A stretch of DNA of 64,000 nucleotides from Escherichia coli. Lineage in GTDB: Bacteria; Pseudomonadota; Gammaproteobacteria; Enterobacterales; Enterobacteriaceae. Location of the stretch: the NCBI RefSeq assembly GCF_003334405.1, contig NZ_QOWM01000005.1, one strand, 5' to 3'. The notes under the pieces were generated by a model. The model saw nothing but the letters and a program-made list of their open reading frames with translations. It did no database searches and was not told where the DNA came from. A program made the position numbers and the translations under genes. Of this stretch, positions 25,773-35,035 are shown piece by piece. The stretch's first letter is position 1. The number at the start of each line of letters is the position of its first letter.

Positions 25773-27188
25773 TTATTCGTCGTCGTACTGCGGCCCCGCA
25801 TAGTTGTCGAAGCGCGACCATTGACCGTTAAAGGTCAGGCGTACCGTCCCGATTGGGCCGTTACGTTGTTTACCGATAATAATTTCCGCGATGCCTTTTA
25901 AATCACTGTTTTCGTGATACACCTCATCACGATAGATAAACATGATCAAGTCCGCATCCTGCTCGATAGAGCCAGATTCACGCAGGTCGGAGTTGACCGG
26001 GCGTTTGTCGGCACGTTGTTCCAGAGAACGGTTCAACTGGGACAGCGCCACCACCGGCACGTTCAGTTCTTTCGCCAGTGCTTTCAGCGAGCGAGAGATT
26101 TCTGCAATTTCCAGCGTACGGTTATCGGAAAGCGCCGGTACGCGCATCAGTTGCAGGTAGTCGATCATGATAAGCCCGATGCCGCCGTGTTCACGGGCAA
26201 TACGGCGTGCGCGGGAACGCACTTCCGTTGGCGTCAGGCCGGAGGAGTCATCGATATAGATATTGCGTTTTTCGAGCAAAATACCCATGGTGCCGGAAAT
26301 GCGCGCCCAGTCTTCGTCATCGAGCTGCCCGGTACGGATTTTAGTCTGGTCAACGCGCGACAGCGACGCCAGAGAACGCATCATGATCTGTTCTGATGGC
26401 ATCTCCAGCGAGAAGATAAGTACCGGTTTATCCTGCAACATCGCCGCGTTTTCGACGAGGTTCATCGCAAATGTTGTTTTACCCATCGACGGACGCGCGG
26501 CGACGATGATCAAATCCGACGGCTGCAAGCCAGCGGTTTTTTTGTTGAGATCGTCATAACCGGTGTTTACCCCGGTAACGCCATCGTGTGGCTGCTGAAA
26601 CAACTGCTCAATACGCGCCACGGTTGCGTCGAGCACATCGGCGATGTTCTTCGGCCCTTCGTCTTTGTTCGCACGACTTTCGGCAATTTTAAAGACGCGG
26701 GATTCAGCCAGATCCAGCAGATCTTCGCTGGTACGCCCCTGCGGATCAAAACCAGCTTCGGCAATCTCATTCGCAACCGAGATCATCTCACGGACAACGG
26801 CACGTTCACGCACGATGTCCGCATAGGCACTGATGTTAGCCGCACTTGGCGTATTTTTTGACAGCTCTGCCAGATAAGCAAAACCACCGACGCTATCGAG
26901 TTGCCCCTGGCGTTCCAGCGATTCCGCAAGAGTAATCAGATCGATAGGGCTACCGCTTTCCTGCAAACGCGCCATTTCAGTAAAGATATGACGGTGTGGG
27001 CGGGTGTAAAAATCGTCTGCTACCACACGCTCGGCTACATCATCCCAGCGTTCGTTATCTAGCATTAAACCGCCCAACACCGACTGCTCCGCTTCGATCG
27101 AGTGCGGAGGCACTTTCAGCCCGGCAACTTGTGGATCGCGTTCGCGGGGTTCAGCCTGCTGTTTGTTGAAGGGTTTATTTCCTGCCAT
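25773..27188 (-). CDS. dnaB: Replicative DNA helicase DnaB
   Basis: ORF 25773..27188 (471 aa); Walker A ARPSMGKTT; helicase motifs. Confidence 0.98.
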   Translation of the reverse strand: MAGNKPFNKQQAEPRERDPQVAGLKVPPHSIEAEQSVLGGLMLDNERWDDVAERVVADDFYTRPHRHIFTEMARLQESGSPIDLITLAESLERQGQLDSVGGFAYLAELSKNTPSAANISAYADIVRERAVVREMISVANEIAEAGFDPQGRTSEDLLDLAESRVFKIAESRANKDEGPKNIADVLDATVARIEQLFQQPHDGVTGVNTGYDDLNKKTAGLQPSDLIIVAARPSMGKTTFAMNLVENAAMLQDKPVLIFSLEMPSEQIMMRSLASLSRVDQTKIRTGQLDDEDWARISGTMGILLEKRNIYIDDSSGLTPTEVRSRARRIAREHGGIGLIMIDYLQLMRVPALSDNRTLEIAEISRSLKALAKELNVPVVALSQLNRSLEQRADKRPVNSDLRESGSIEQDADLIMFIYRDEVYHENSDLKGIAEIIIGKQRNGPIGTVRLTFNGQWSRFDNYAGPQYDDE

Positions 27189-27270
27189 AGTGAATGGAGT
27201 TACCGAGATAAAGAATGGGTCGAAACTTTATCATATGAAGCAGACCCTGACGATACGTTCTGGAGGACAC

Positions 27271-28254
27271 ATGGCAACACGAATTGAATTTCACAAGCAC
27301 GGTGGCCCGGAAGTACTTCAAGCCGTAGAGTTCACTCCTGCCGATCCGGCGGAGAATGAAATCCAGGTCGAAAATAAAGCCATCGGCATCAATTTTATCG
27401 ACACATATATCCGCAGCGGCCTTTACCCGCCGCCATCGCTACCCAGCGGATTAGGCACCGAAGCAGCAGGCATCGTGAGTAAAGTCGGCAGTGGTGTAAA
27501 GCATATTAAGGCAGGCGATCGTGTAGTCTATGCGCAGTCGGCGTTAGGCGCTTACAGCTCTGTGCATAACATTATTGCGGATAAAGCGGCGATTCTGCCT
27601 GCGGCAATTTCTTTTGAGCAAGCTGCGGCATCCTTCCTGAAAGGCTTAACGGTTTATTATCTGCTGCGCAAAACCTATGAAATTAAACCCGATGAACAGT
27701 TCCTGTTCCACGCAGCGGCTGGCGGCGTTGGCTTAATTGCCTGCCAGTGGGCAAAAGCCCTGGGCGCGAAACTTATCGGCACCGTAGGAACCGCGCAAAA
27801 AGCGCAGAGCGCGCTAAAAGCGGGCGCGTGGCAGGTTATTAACTATCGTGAAGAGGATCTGGTCGAGCGGTTAAAAGAGATCACCGGCGGTAAGAAAGTG
27901 CGCGTGGTGTACGATTCCGTGGGCAGAGACACCTGGGAACGGTCGCTGGATTGCCTGCAACGCCGCGGCTTAATGGTCAGTTTTGGCAACTCATCAGGTG
28001 CGGTTACCGGTGTGAACTTAGGCATTCTCAATCAAAAAGGCTCGTTGTATGTGACACGCCCTTCCCTGCAAGGCTATATCACCACGCGGGAGGAATTAAC
28101 CGAGGCCAGTAATGAACTGTTCTCTTTGATTGCCAGCGGTGTGATTAAGGTCGATGTCGCCGAGCAGCAGAAATATCCGCTGAAGGATGCGCAGCGTGCG
28201 CATGAGATTCTGGAAAGCCGGGCGACGCAAGGTTCCAGCCTGCTGATTCCATAA
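27271..28254 (+). CDS. qorA: NADPH:quinone oxidoreductase (zeta-crystallin-like MDR family)
   Basis: ORF track 27163..28254; ATG at 27271 with GGAGGA upstream gives 327 aa; AAAGGVG nucleotide-binding motif. Confidence 0.93.
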   Translation: MATRIEFHKHGGPEVLQAVEFTPADPAENEIQVENKAIGINFIDTYIRSGLYPPPSLPSGLGTEAAGIVSKVGSGVKHIKAGDRVVYAQSALGAYSSVHNIIADKAAILPAAISFEQAAASFLKGLTVYYLLRKTYEIKPDEQFLFHAAAGGVGLIACQWAKALGAKLIGTVGTAQKAQSALKAGAWQVINYREEDLVERLKEITGGKKVRVVYDSVGRDTWERSLDCLQRRGLMVSFGNSSGAVTGVNLGILNQKGSLYVTRPSLQGYITTREELTEASNELFSLIASGVIKVDVAEQQKYPLKDAQRAHEILESRATQGSSLLIP

Positions 28255-28261
28255 AAGAAAT

Positions 28262-28293
28262 AGGGCTTCCACCTGGGAAGCCCTTTCTTTTTA
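28262..28293. terminator. Bidirectional terminator after qorA (also nearest terminator for pspG)
   Basis: agggcttcc-acctg-ggaagccct stem with TTCTTTTT tail; A-run upstream gives T-run on minus strand. Confidence 0.8.
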
Positions 28294-28419
28294 TAGTTCG
28301 GCTGTATGTAGGGTACAGCACGATGAATCTGTTAGAGGCGCAATAGTGACAGATTTGATTATCAATTCCTATTTTGTTCTAAGGATAAAACCTTAGGTTG
28401 TGATCATCCGCACAATCCC

Positions 28420-28662
28420 TTAGTAACGCCAGCGGTCATAACGCTGATATTTCGGCACTTTTGGTGCTTTAATCGCCTTAATAACCCACACCACCGCAAT
28501 CGCCAGTAGTAACCACGGCAGCAACTTAATCATCAATGCCAGCATACCGCCGAGGAACATAATGGCCGTCGCCACAACCAGCGCGGCGATAATGCCCAGC
28601 AACGAAACGCCGGTGACCATCAGCATGACAAAAAAGCCAATCACAAAAAGTAGTTCCAGCAT
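28420..28662 (-). CDS. pspG: Phage-shock protein G, small inner-membrane protein
   Basis: ORF track 28420..28872; ATG at 28662 with GGGAGAG upstream gives 80 aa, entirely hydrophobic helices. Confidence 0.8.
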   Translation of the reverse strand: MLELLFVIGFFVMLMVTGVSLLGIIAALVVATAIMFLGGMLALMIKLLPWLLLAIAVVWVIKAIKAPKVPKYQRYDRWRY

Positions 28663-28695
28663 GATGCTCTCCCAAATATGAAATCTCTTGCTGGC

Positions 28696-28713
28696 ATTAC
28701 AAGAATCATGCCA
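28696..28713 (-). promoter_or_regulatory. Candidate sigma-54 promoter TGGCATGATTCTTGTAAT upstream of pspG
   Basis: GG-N10-GT spacing resembles -24/-12 element (TGGCAC-N5-TTGC); sits about 35-50 nt upstream of pspG start; psp genes are known sigma-54/PspF dependent. Confidence 0.45.
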
Positions 28714-28795
28714 AAAATAATCTATTGATTTAACAGCAAAACGCCCCGCGACGGTGCGCAGGGCGTGGTGAATTTGACTACTTTTTGGTGAAAAG

Positions 28796-29833
28796 TTAAC
28801 GCTTATCCGCCACCAGTTTGAGCGCGTGTTCCAGCACATTAATGTCTGCACCCGCTTTATGGGCATTTTCACTTAAATAACGCCGCCACTGCCGCGCGCC
28901 AGGAATACCCTGGAACAAGCCCAACATATGCCGGGTAATATGGCCGAGATACGTCCCCTGGCTGAGTTCACGCTCAATGTACGGATACATGGCGCGCACT
29001 ACCGCCACCGGATCGGCATCGGTATCCGAGGAACCAAAGATCTCCCGGTCTACCGCCGCCAGAATACCCGGATTCTGATACGCCTCGCGCCCGACCATCA
29101 CGCCATCCATATGTTGCAGGTGTGCTTTGGCCTCTTCCAGCGACTTGATACCACCGTTAATCGACATTGTCAGATGCGGAAAGTCACGCTTCAGTTGATA
29201 CACACGCGGATAATCGAGCGGCGGGATTTCACGGTTTTCTTTCGGGCTTAACCCCGAAAGCCAGGCTTTACGTGCGTGGATGATGAACATCTCACACTCG
29301 CCTTTGCCGGAAACGGTATTGATGAAATCGCAGAGAAATTCATAGCTGTCCTGGTCGTCGATGCCAATACGCGTTTTCACCGTCACCGGAATCGACACCA
29401 CATCGCGCATCGCTTTCACGCAGTCGGCAACCAGCTGCGCATTACCCATCAGACACGCACCAAACATGCCGTTCTGCACCCGGTCAGACGGGCAGCCGAC
29501 ATTCAGGTTGATCTCATCATATCCGCGCGCTTCTGCCAGCTTTGCACACTGCGCCAGCGCCGCCGGATCGCTACCGCCCAGTTGCAACGCTACCGGATGT
29601 TCTTCTTCACTGTACGCCAGATAATCACCTTTACCGTGAATAATCGCCCCTGTGGTCACCATTTCGGTATACAGCAACGTATTGCGGGAAAGCAGACGCA
29701 AGAAATAGCGGCAATGTCTGTCCGTCCAGTCGAGCATTGGTGCAACGCTAAACCGACCACTCCAGTGAACGTCAGTTTTTTCAGGCATTGCGCTGGTTTG
29801 GTTGATTTTTTGCATTTCAGAATTACCGTGCAT
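28796..29833 (-). CDS. dusA: tRNA-dihydrouridine synthase A
   Basis: ORF track 28796..29839; ATG at 29833 (345 aa); FMN-binding TIM-barrel Dus family sequence. Confidence 0.9.
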   Translation of the reverse strand: MHGNSEMQKINQTSAMPEKTDVHWSGRFSVAPMLDWTDRHCRYFLRLLSRNTLLYTEMVTTGAIIHGKGDYLAYSEEEHPVALQLGGSDPAALAQCAKLAEARGYDEINLNVGCPSDRVQNGMFGACLMGNAQLVADCVKAMRDVVSIPVTVKTRIGIDDQDSYEFLCDFINTVSGKGECEMFIIHARKAWLSGLSPKENREIPPLDYPRVYQLKRDFPHLTMSINGGIKSLEEAKAHLQHMDGVMVGREAYQNPGILAAVDREIFGSSDTDADPVAVVRAMYPYIERELSQGTYLGHITRHMLGLFQGIPGARQWRRYLSENAHKAGADINVLEHALKLVADKR

Positions 29834-30126
29834 TTTCAAATGTAGAGATTATTTTATCGATATATCATGGGGTTATGTTATTCAGCATCACTATTCAGGA
29901 GGCTCAATAGCGGGGTACTATACCATAACAACAGGAAGCGCCTGTCTCATTGCAAAAGAAAATTGAGATCCTCTCAAGGCATGAAGCTCTCACGAAGTGA
30001 TGGAAATAATCTTATTAGCCGTTAACTTTGTTAAGGCCAATGATAAACAATCCAGGTTCGACGATAAATAAAAAATCACACATTAAACTCTGGTGATATA
30101 TCTCCCTGCTAATAGCATTGATAGAG

Positions 30127-30160
30127 AAAAAAGAACCCAATAAATATTGGGTCCTTTTAT
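30127..30160. terminator. Terminator hairpin acccaat-aaat-attgggt flanked by A-run and T-run, downstream of yjbM
   Basis: Read in sequence 36 nt past yjbM stop; symmetric A/T flanks suggest bidirectional function. Confidence 0.65.
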
Positions 30161-30195
30161 ATAATGCCTTCCATACTATCGAAGAACTTCACATA

Positions 30196-30903
30196 TTATT
30201 TCTCCGATTTAACCCCGAACAAATCATAAATTAATTTAGAAGTGTCTGTAAGTATTTTAATCTCTTCCTTTGAGGTTGGGTCAAACGACTTCGCGAAGCT
30301 AATTAATTGTGGTGCAGCATCTCGCATTTTGCTTAAAATATCAGGATCGAGCGTTCCTTCATTCACCAGATGTGACATCTTATCCAGATAGCCATCAAAA
30401 TTCATTTCTCCCCCATCAGCCAGACGCTTCATCTCTCCCAGGTACTTCTTCATATCACGTTGAGATAATTTTTCAAACTGAGCTTTCAGGTAGCTCTCAT
30501 TATTTTCATTAATATACACTGTTTCTGATAAATCTGCGTAGGCACTAGAATATGAAAGTGAAATTAACAGCGAAGCAAATAATTTTAAGCTGTTGTCATC
30601 ATGTTCCTGGCAGGCATTAACAAACGTTAAAAAACCAGAACCTATTGCTTGAAAATGTATATTCGCTAAAGGTTCATTATCCTTAGATTCCTCATAAAAT
30701 AGCTGAACCGTGGAGGGAAGGTCATTCTTAGTTTCTACATCAAAAGTACATTGTTCAATGGGCATTGCATCTTTATTATCCCCAGGATTACATATACTAT
30801 TAATCGCGAAATGAAAAATAGCCCGGTCAACAACTGATGCAATAAAGTCACGATCGTTTAAATCCTCATCAGTGCAATCGTCAATATACTTATTGACCCA
30901 CAT
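30196..30903 (-). CDS. yjbM: Hypothetical protein YjbM, function unknown, low GC
   Basis: ORF track 30196..30936; ATG at 30903 gives 235 aa; acidic, no recognisable catalytic motif; AT-rich. Confidence 0.7.
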   Translation of the reverse strand: MWVNKYIDDCTDEDLNDRDFIASVVDRAIFHFAINSICNPGDNKDAMPIEQCTFDVETKNDLPSTVQLFYEESKDNEPLANIHFQAIGSGFLTFVNACQEHDDNSLKLFASLLISLSYSSAYADLSETVYINENNESYLKAQFEKLSQRDMKKYLGEMKRLADGGEMNFDGYLDKMSHLVNEGTLDPDILSKMRDAAPQLISFAKSFDPTSKEEIKILTDTSKLIYDLFGVKSEK

Positions 30904-30926
30904 TTTGAGATCATTTATTTGCACAA

Positions 30927-31181
30927 TTAAAAACACATTTTTTTACGTGCATGCCATAAATTATGCGTGATTCGTTGAATAAACAAATCTATTTTTGCAA
31001 TAATTATATCCCGATGACGCAGCGCTGCATAATCAATAGATTTACCATATATATTATTTAATTTACCTTTGATTGAACCTCTATTATCTAATTTATCTTT
31101 GATTGCATCTTCATTATCGAATTGATTTGAATTGAGTGTTTTATTAAAGTATCCAGTTGCACCGGGTATTATCTTCAACAT
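30927..31181 (-). CDS. yjbL: Hypothetical protein YjbL (84 aa), function unknown, low GC
   Basis: ORF 30927..31181; immediately upstream of and co-oriented with yjbM. Confidence 0.65.
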
Positions 31182-31498
31182 GATTCATCTACCTTTTTTG
31201 TCGTACCGTGTCCTCCTTATAATTCTTTTGCCATCTGGTCACTATCAAAAATCGCTCATAATTTCTGAACTACAGGTATGCGTTTAAACCCAGTTAAATA
31301 AATAGCGAGTTAACTTGAAGCAATTTATTTAAAAATGAATTATTAATTATTATCGTGTTGATAATGGTACGACAAGGCAACATAACACCTTACCTACAAA
31401 ACAGAAAATCAACATTACGGCAACAATAAGGGTTCTCGGTGTTTTTCCTGGAACATGGTAAAGTAAGGACATTCTTAACCCCCACTTTGAGGTGCCCG

Positions 31499-32014
31499 AT
31501 GGAAAAGACCACAACGCAGGAGTTATTAGCGCAGGCTGAAAAAATCTGCGCGCAGCGTAATGTGCGCCTGACCCCACAGCGCCTGGAAGTGTTGCGCCTG
31601 ATGAGTCTGCAGGATGGCGCTATCAGCGCTTATGATCTGCTTGATTTACTGCGCGAAGCTGAACCGCAAGCCAAGCCGCCAACGGTTTATCGCGCGCTGG
31701 ATTTTCTGCTTGAGCAAGGTTTTGTGCATAAGGTGGAATCCACCAACAGTTATGTGCTCTGTCATCTGTTCGATCAGCCCACCCATACGTCAGCCATGTT
31801 TATTTGCGATCGCTGCGGCGCAGTGAAAGAAGAGTGTGCAGAAGGCGTGGAAGACATTATGCATACGCTGGCGGCAAAAATGGGGTTTGCCCTGCGGCAT
31901 AATGTGATTGAAGCACATGGGCTCTGTGCGGCATGTGTAGAAGTGGAAGCGTGTCGTCATCCTGAACAGTGCCAGCATGATCACTCTGTGCAGGTGAAAA
32001 AGAAACCGCGTTAA
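31499..32014 (+). CDS. zur: Zinc uptake regulator (Fur family)
   Basis: ORF track 31439..32014; ATG at 31499 gives 171 aa; Fur-family HTH and CxxC metal sites. Confidence 0.93.
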   Translation: MEKTTTQELLAQAEKICAQRNVRLTPQRLEVLRLMSLQDGAISAYDLLDLLREAEPQAKPPTVYRALDFLLEQGFVHKVESTNSYVLCHLFDQPTHTSAMFICDRCGAVKEECAEGVEDIMHTLAAKMGFALRHNVIEAHGLCAACVEVEACRHPEQCQHDHSVQVKKKPR

Positions 32015-32055
32015 GAGGGCGTACATCCTTGTACACGTCGGGCAGGAGGGATTAA

Positions 32056-32265
32056 TTACCAGCGATATTCATTGCGGGTTTCCCAATCCACGACCTCTTT
32101 TTCTGCCTGATCTTTCTGATAACCATAACGTTCCTGGATTTTACCGACCAGTTGATCACGTTTACCTTCAATGATCGTCATATCATCATCGGTCAGTTTG
32201 CCCCATTGCTCTTTCACTTTACCTTTAAACTGTTTCCAGTTACCGCCGGCTTCATCTTTATTCAT
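32056..32265 (-). CDS. yjbJ: CsbD-family stress protein YjbJ
   Basis: ORF track 32056..32271; ATG at 32265 gives 69 aa; KEQWGKLTDDD CsbD-like motif; C-terminal codons checked against sequence. Confidence 0.85.
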   Translation of the reverse strand: MNKDEAGGNWKQFKGKVKEQWGKLTDDDMTIIEGKRDQLVGKIQERYGYQKDQAEKEVVDWETRNEYRW

Positions 32266-32380
32266 AATCAAGACCTCATCGTTAGGTTGTGAATGAGAGT
32301 ACGTTCACTTTTCTTCTGAACGTGAGATTAAGTGTAGTCAGCAATTTGGCTTAGGATTATTTATTCAGAATTTTTAACCG

Positions 32381-33760
32381 TCACGTTGCGGCAAACCAGG
32401 TACCATTGCGCCAGTGACGCCGCCAGATAGCCGCCAGAGAAAGCCCGCGCAACGCCAGAAAGACGGTTAATGCCAGCCACAAAGCATGATTACCCAGCCA
32501 CGGCAGCGTAAGGAGCGTCAGCGCAAAACCTGCGGCGGCCACCGCCATACTGTTACGCATTTCGGTGGCACGCGTTGCGCCTATAAACATGCCGTCCAGC
32601 AGATAACACCAGACGCCAACCACCGGCAAAATCACCTGCCAGATAAGATAGCGGTCAGCCAGCTGCTGAATCTGGGTTAACGACGTCAGTAACGCAATGA
32701 TGTGTTCCCCAGCCAGCAAATAAACCACCGAAAACAGTAACGCTACGATCCCCGACTGGCGGCACGCTGCCCGCCAGACATCCAGCAACTGGCTACCGTC
32801 GCGCGCACCGTATGCCTGACCGGAGTGCGCTTCAACCGCGTAGGCAAAACCATCCAGCGCATAGGCGGTAAAGGTGAGTAGCGTCATCAGAACCGCGTTA
32901 ACAGCGATAATGTCACTCCCCAGTCGCGCGCCAAGTACGGTGATCGCGCCGAAACAGAGTTGCAACAACAGCGAACGCAGCATGATATCGCGGTTAAGCG
33001 CCAGCAAGCGACGGAAGTTTCCTCGCCAGGCAGTTTTCAGCATTTCGCCGGAAATTCCGCGTAGTTTGAGGATTTTACGCACCATTAGCAGACCAATCAG
33101 CAATGTTGCATATTCCGCAATAACCGTCGCCAGCGCCGCGCCCTGCACGTTCATATGCAGCCCCATCACCAGCCAGACATCCAGCACAATGTTGAGGATA
33201 TTGCCGACCACTAACAAAATTACTGGCGCACGGGCATATTGCACGCCGAGTAACCAACCGAGTAATACCAGATTCGCCAGCGACGCCGGTGCGCTTAACC
33301 AGCGGATTTCAAGAAAGCGCCGCGCCTGTTCCAGGACTGCCTCACTACCGCCAACAATATGCAGCGCCAGATCGATAATCGGCGTACGCAGCAGCGCAAT
33401 TAACGCCCCAGCCCCCAACGCCAACAGCAACGGTTGCACCAGCGTACGGGCTAATGCCTGAGGATTTTTGGCACCATAAGCCTGCGCAGTCAGCCCGGTG
33501 GTGCTCATGCGTAAAAACAGCAACAGCATAAAGAGAAAGCTGGTCGCCGTTGCACCAACCGCCACGCCGCCCAAATAAACCGGGCTATCAAGATGACCAA
33601 TTACCGCCGTATCGACCAGTCCCAGCAACGGAACGGTGATATTGGAGAAAATCATGGGTAAGGCGAGATGCCAGAGTGCTTTATCAGATGAAGTGAGGAA
33701 TGCCATGCAGACAAGCCTGATGAAGAGAGATGAAAAACAAACCGCGACGCCAGGCGGCAT
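32381..33760 (-). CDS. dinF: DinF, MATE-family efflux protein, SOS-induced (lexA-dinF operon)
   Basis: ORF 32381..33760 (459 aa); 12-TM MATE-like; 18 nt downstream of lexA; an internal ATG 18 codons in is an alternative start. Confidence 0.88.
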   Translation of the reverse strand: MPPGVAVCFSSLFIRLVCMAFLTSSDKALWHLALPMIFSNITVPLLGLVDTAVIGHLDSPVYLGGVAVGATATSFLFMLLLFLRMSTTGLTAQAYGAKNPQALARTLVQPLLLALGAGALIALLRTPIIDLALHIVGGSEAVLEQARRFLEIRWLSAPASLANLVLLGWLLGVQYARAPVILLVVGNILNIVLDVWLVMGLHMNVQGAALATVIAEYATLLIGLLMVRKILKLRGISGEMLKTAWRGNFRRLLALNRDIMLRSLLLQLCFGAITVLGARLGSDIIAVNAVLMTLLTFTAYALDGFAYAVEAHSGQAYGARDGSQLLDVWRAACRQSGIVALLFSVVYLLAGEHIIALLTSLTQIQQLADRYLIWQVILPVVGVWCYLLDGMFIGATRATEMRNSMAVAAAGFALTLLTLPWLGNHALWLALTVFLALRGLSLAAIWRRHWRNGTWFAAT

Positions 33761-33778
33761 CGCGGTCTCAGAGATATG

Positions 33779-34387
33779 TTACAGCCAGTCGCCGTTGCGA
33801 ATAACCCCAACCGCCAGCCCTTCAATGGTGAAGCTCTGCTGACGAAGGTCAACGACAATTGGTTTAAACTCGCTATTTTCTGGCAACAGTTCGACTTTAT
33901 TGCCCTGTTTTTTCAGGCGCTTAACGGTAACTTCGTCATCAATACGTGCGACAACGACCTGACCGTTACGTACATCCTGAGTTTTATGCACTGCCAGCAA
34001 GTCACCATCCATAATGCCGATATCTTTCATCGACATCCCGCTGACGCGCAGCAGGAAATCAGCATTCGGCTTGAATAAGGAAGGATCGACCTGATAATGA
34101 CCTTCAATATGCTGTTGCGCCAGAAGTGGTTCACCGGCAGCCACACGACCTACCAGCGGCAACCCTTCTTCCTCTTCCTGCAACAGACGAATCCCGCGTG
34201 ATGCGCCGGAAACAATTTCAATAACGCCTTTGCGTGCCAGCGCCTTCAGATGTTCTTCAGCCGCGTTTGGGGAACGGAACCCCAAACGCTGCGCGATTTC
34301 CGCACGCGTCGGCGGCATACCTGTCTGGCTGATGTGATCACGGATGAGATCAAACACCTCTTGTTGCCTGGCCGTTAACGCTTTCAT
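33779..34387 (-). CDS. lexA: LexA repressor
   Basis: ORF 33779..34387 (202 aa); Ala-Gly cleavage site, Ser/Lys dyad (GMSMKD ... K), N-terminal wHTH. Confidence 0.98.
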   Translation of the reverse strand: MKALTARQQEVFDLIRDHISQTGMPPTRAEIAQRLGFRSPNAAEEHLKALARKGVIEIVSGASRGIRLLQEEEEGLPLVGRVAAGEPLLAQQHIEGHYQVDPSLFKPNADFLLRVSGMSMKDIGIMDGDLLAVHKTQDVRNGQVVVARIDDEVTVKRLKKQGNKVELLPENSEFKPIVVDLRQQSFTIEGLAVGVIRNGDWL

Positions 34388-34395
34388 TCCGCCCC

Positions 34396-34432
34396 CTGGG
34401 TGTATATACAGTTATGCTGTGAGTATATACAG
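34396..34432. promoter_or_regulatory. Two tandem LexA boxes (CTGTATATACACCCAG and CTGTATATACTCACAG on the lexA strand)
   Basis: Both CTGT-N8-CAG palindromes read in sequence directly upstream of lexA start. Confidence 0.9.
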
Positions 34433-34496
34433 CAAAAGGCGATTTTGGAACCATAAACTGCACAATAAACCAGAGATTTATCGAATTCTGGAAGGG

Positions 34497-34865
34497 TTAT
34501 CCAAAATGCGACCATAACAGAATGCACCAGGTAATCACGGCGACGATAATGGCAATCAGCACCGCAGCGGATCCCATATCTTTTGCGCGTCCGGAAAGCT
34601 CATGGTATTCAGAGCCAATTCGGTCAACCACTGCTTCGATGGCGCTATTGAGGATTTCCACAATCATCACCAGCATCACGGAGCTGATAAGCAGCACGCG
34701 GGTAATCGCGTCCACATCCAGCCAGCAGGCGATGACCACCGCCAACAATACCGCTACGCCTTCCTGACGGAATGCCGCTTCGTTGATCCATGCAGCGCGT
34801 AAACCTTTCCAGGAATAGCCAGCAGCTTTGATAATTCGGGTGAATCCAGTGGTATTATTGGCCAT
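34497..34865 (-). CDS. dgkA: Diacylglycerol kinase
   Basis: ORF 34497..34865 (122 aa); three-TM small kinase. Confidence 0.95.
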   Translation of the reverse strand: MANNTTGFTRIIKAAGYSWKGLRAAWINEAAFRQEGVAVLLAVVIACWLDVDAITRVLLISSVMLVMIVEILNSAIEAVVDRIGSEYHELSGRAKDMGSAAVLIAIIVAVITWCILLWSHFG

Positions 34866-35035
34866 TGAAAGAACCTTTTTACATTATGAGCGTCAATATC
34901 AGTGTACCGTTAAATCCGATGATTCGGGTTTGCGTAGCGCCGCGCGAAACATGAGCGGATACCACAGAATTTCCCATGACTTTCTGCTATCCTTGCCGCG
35001 CATTTGCATTATTAACCAGAGGCTTTACATCGTTT

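Noticed and set aside
29834-31498. Integrase, recombinase or att-site direct repeats flanking the yjbL-yjbM cassette at the dusA 5' end
   Set aside because: No ORF with integrase or recombinase features and no obvious direct repeat of the dusA 5' end was seen; the island interpretation stays a hypothesis in findings
32272-32380. Hairpin acgttca-N9-tgaacgt between dinF stop and yjbJ start as a dinF terminator
   Set aside because: No T-tract follows on the minus strand; may instead be part of the yjbJ promoter or leader
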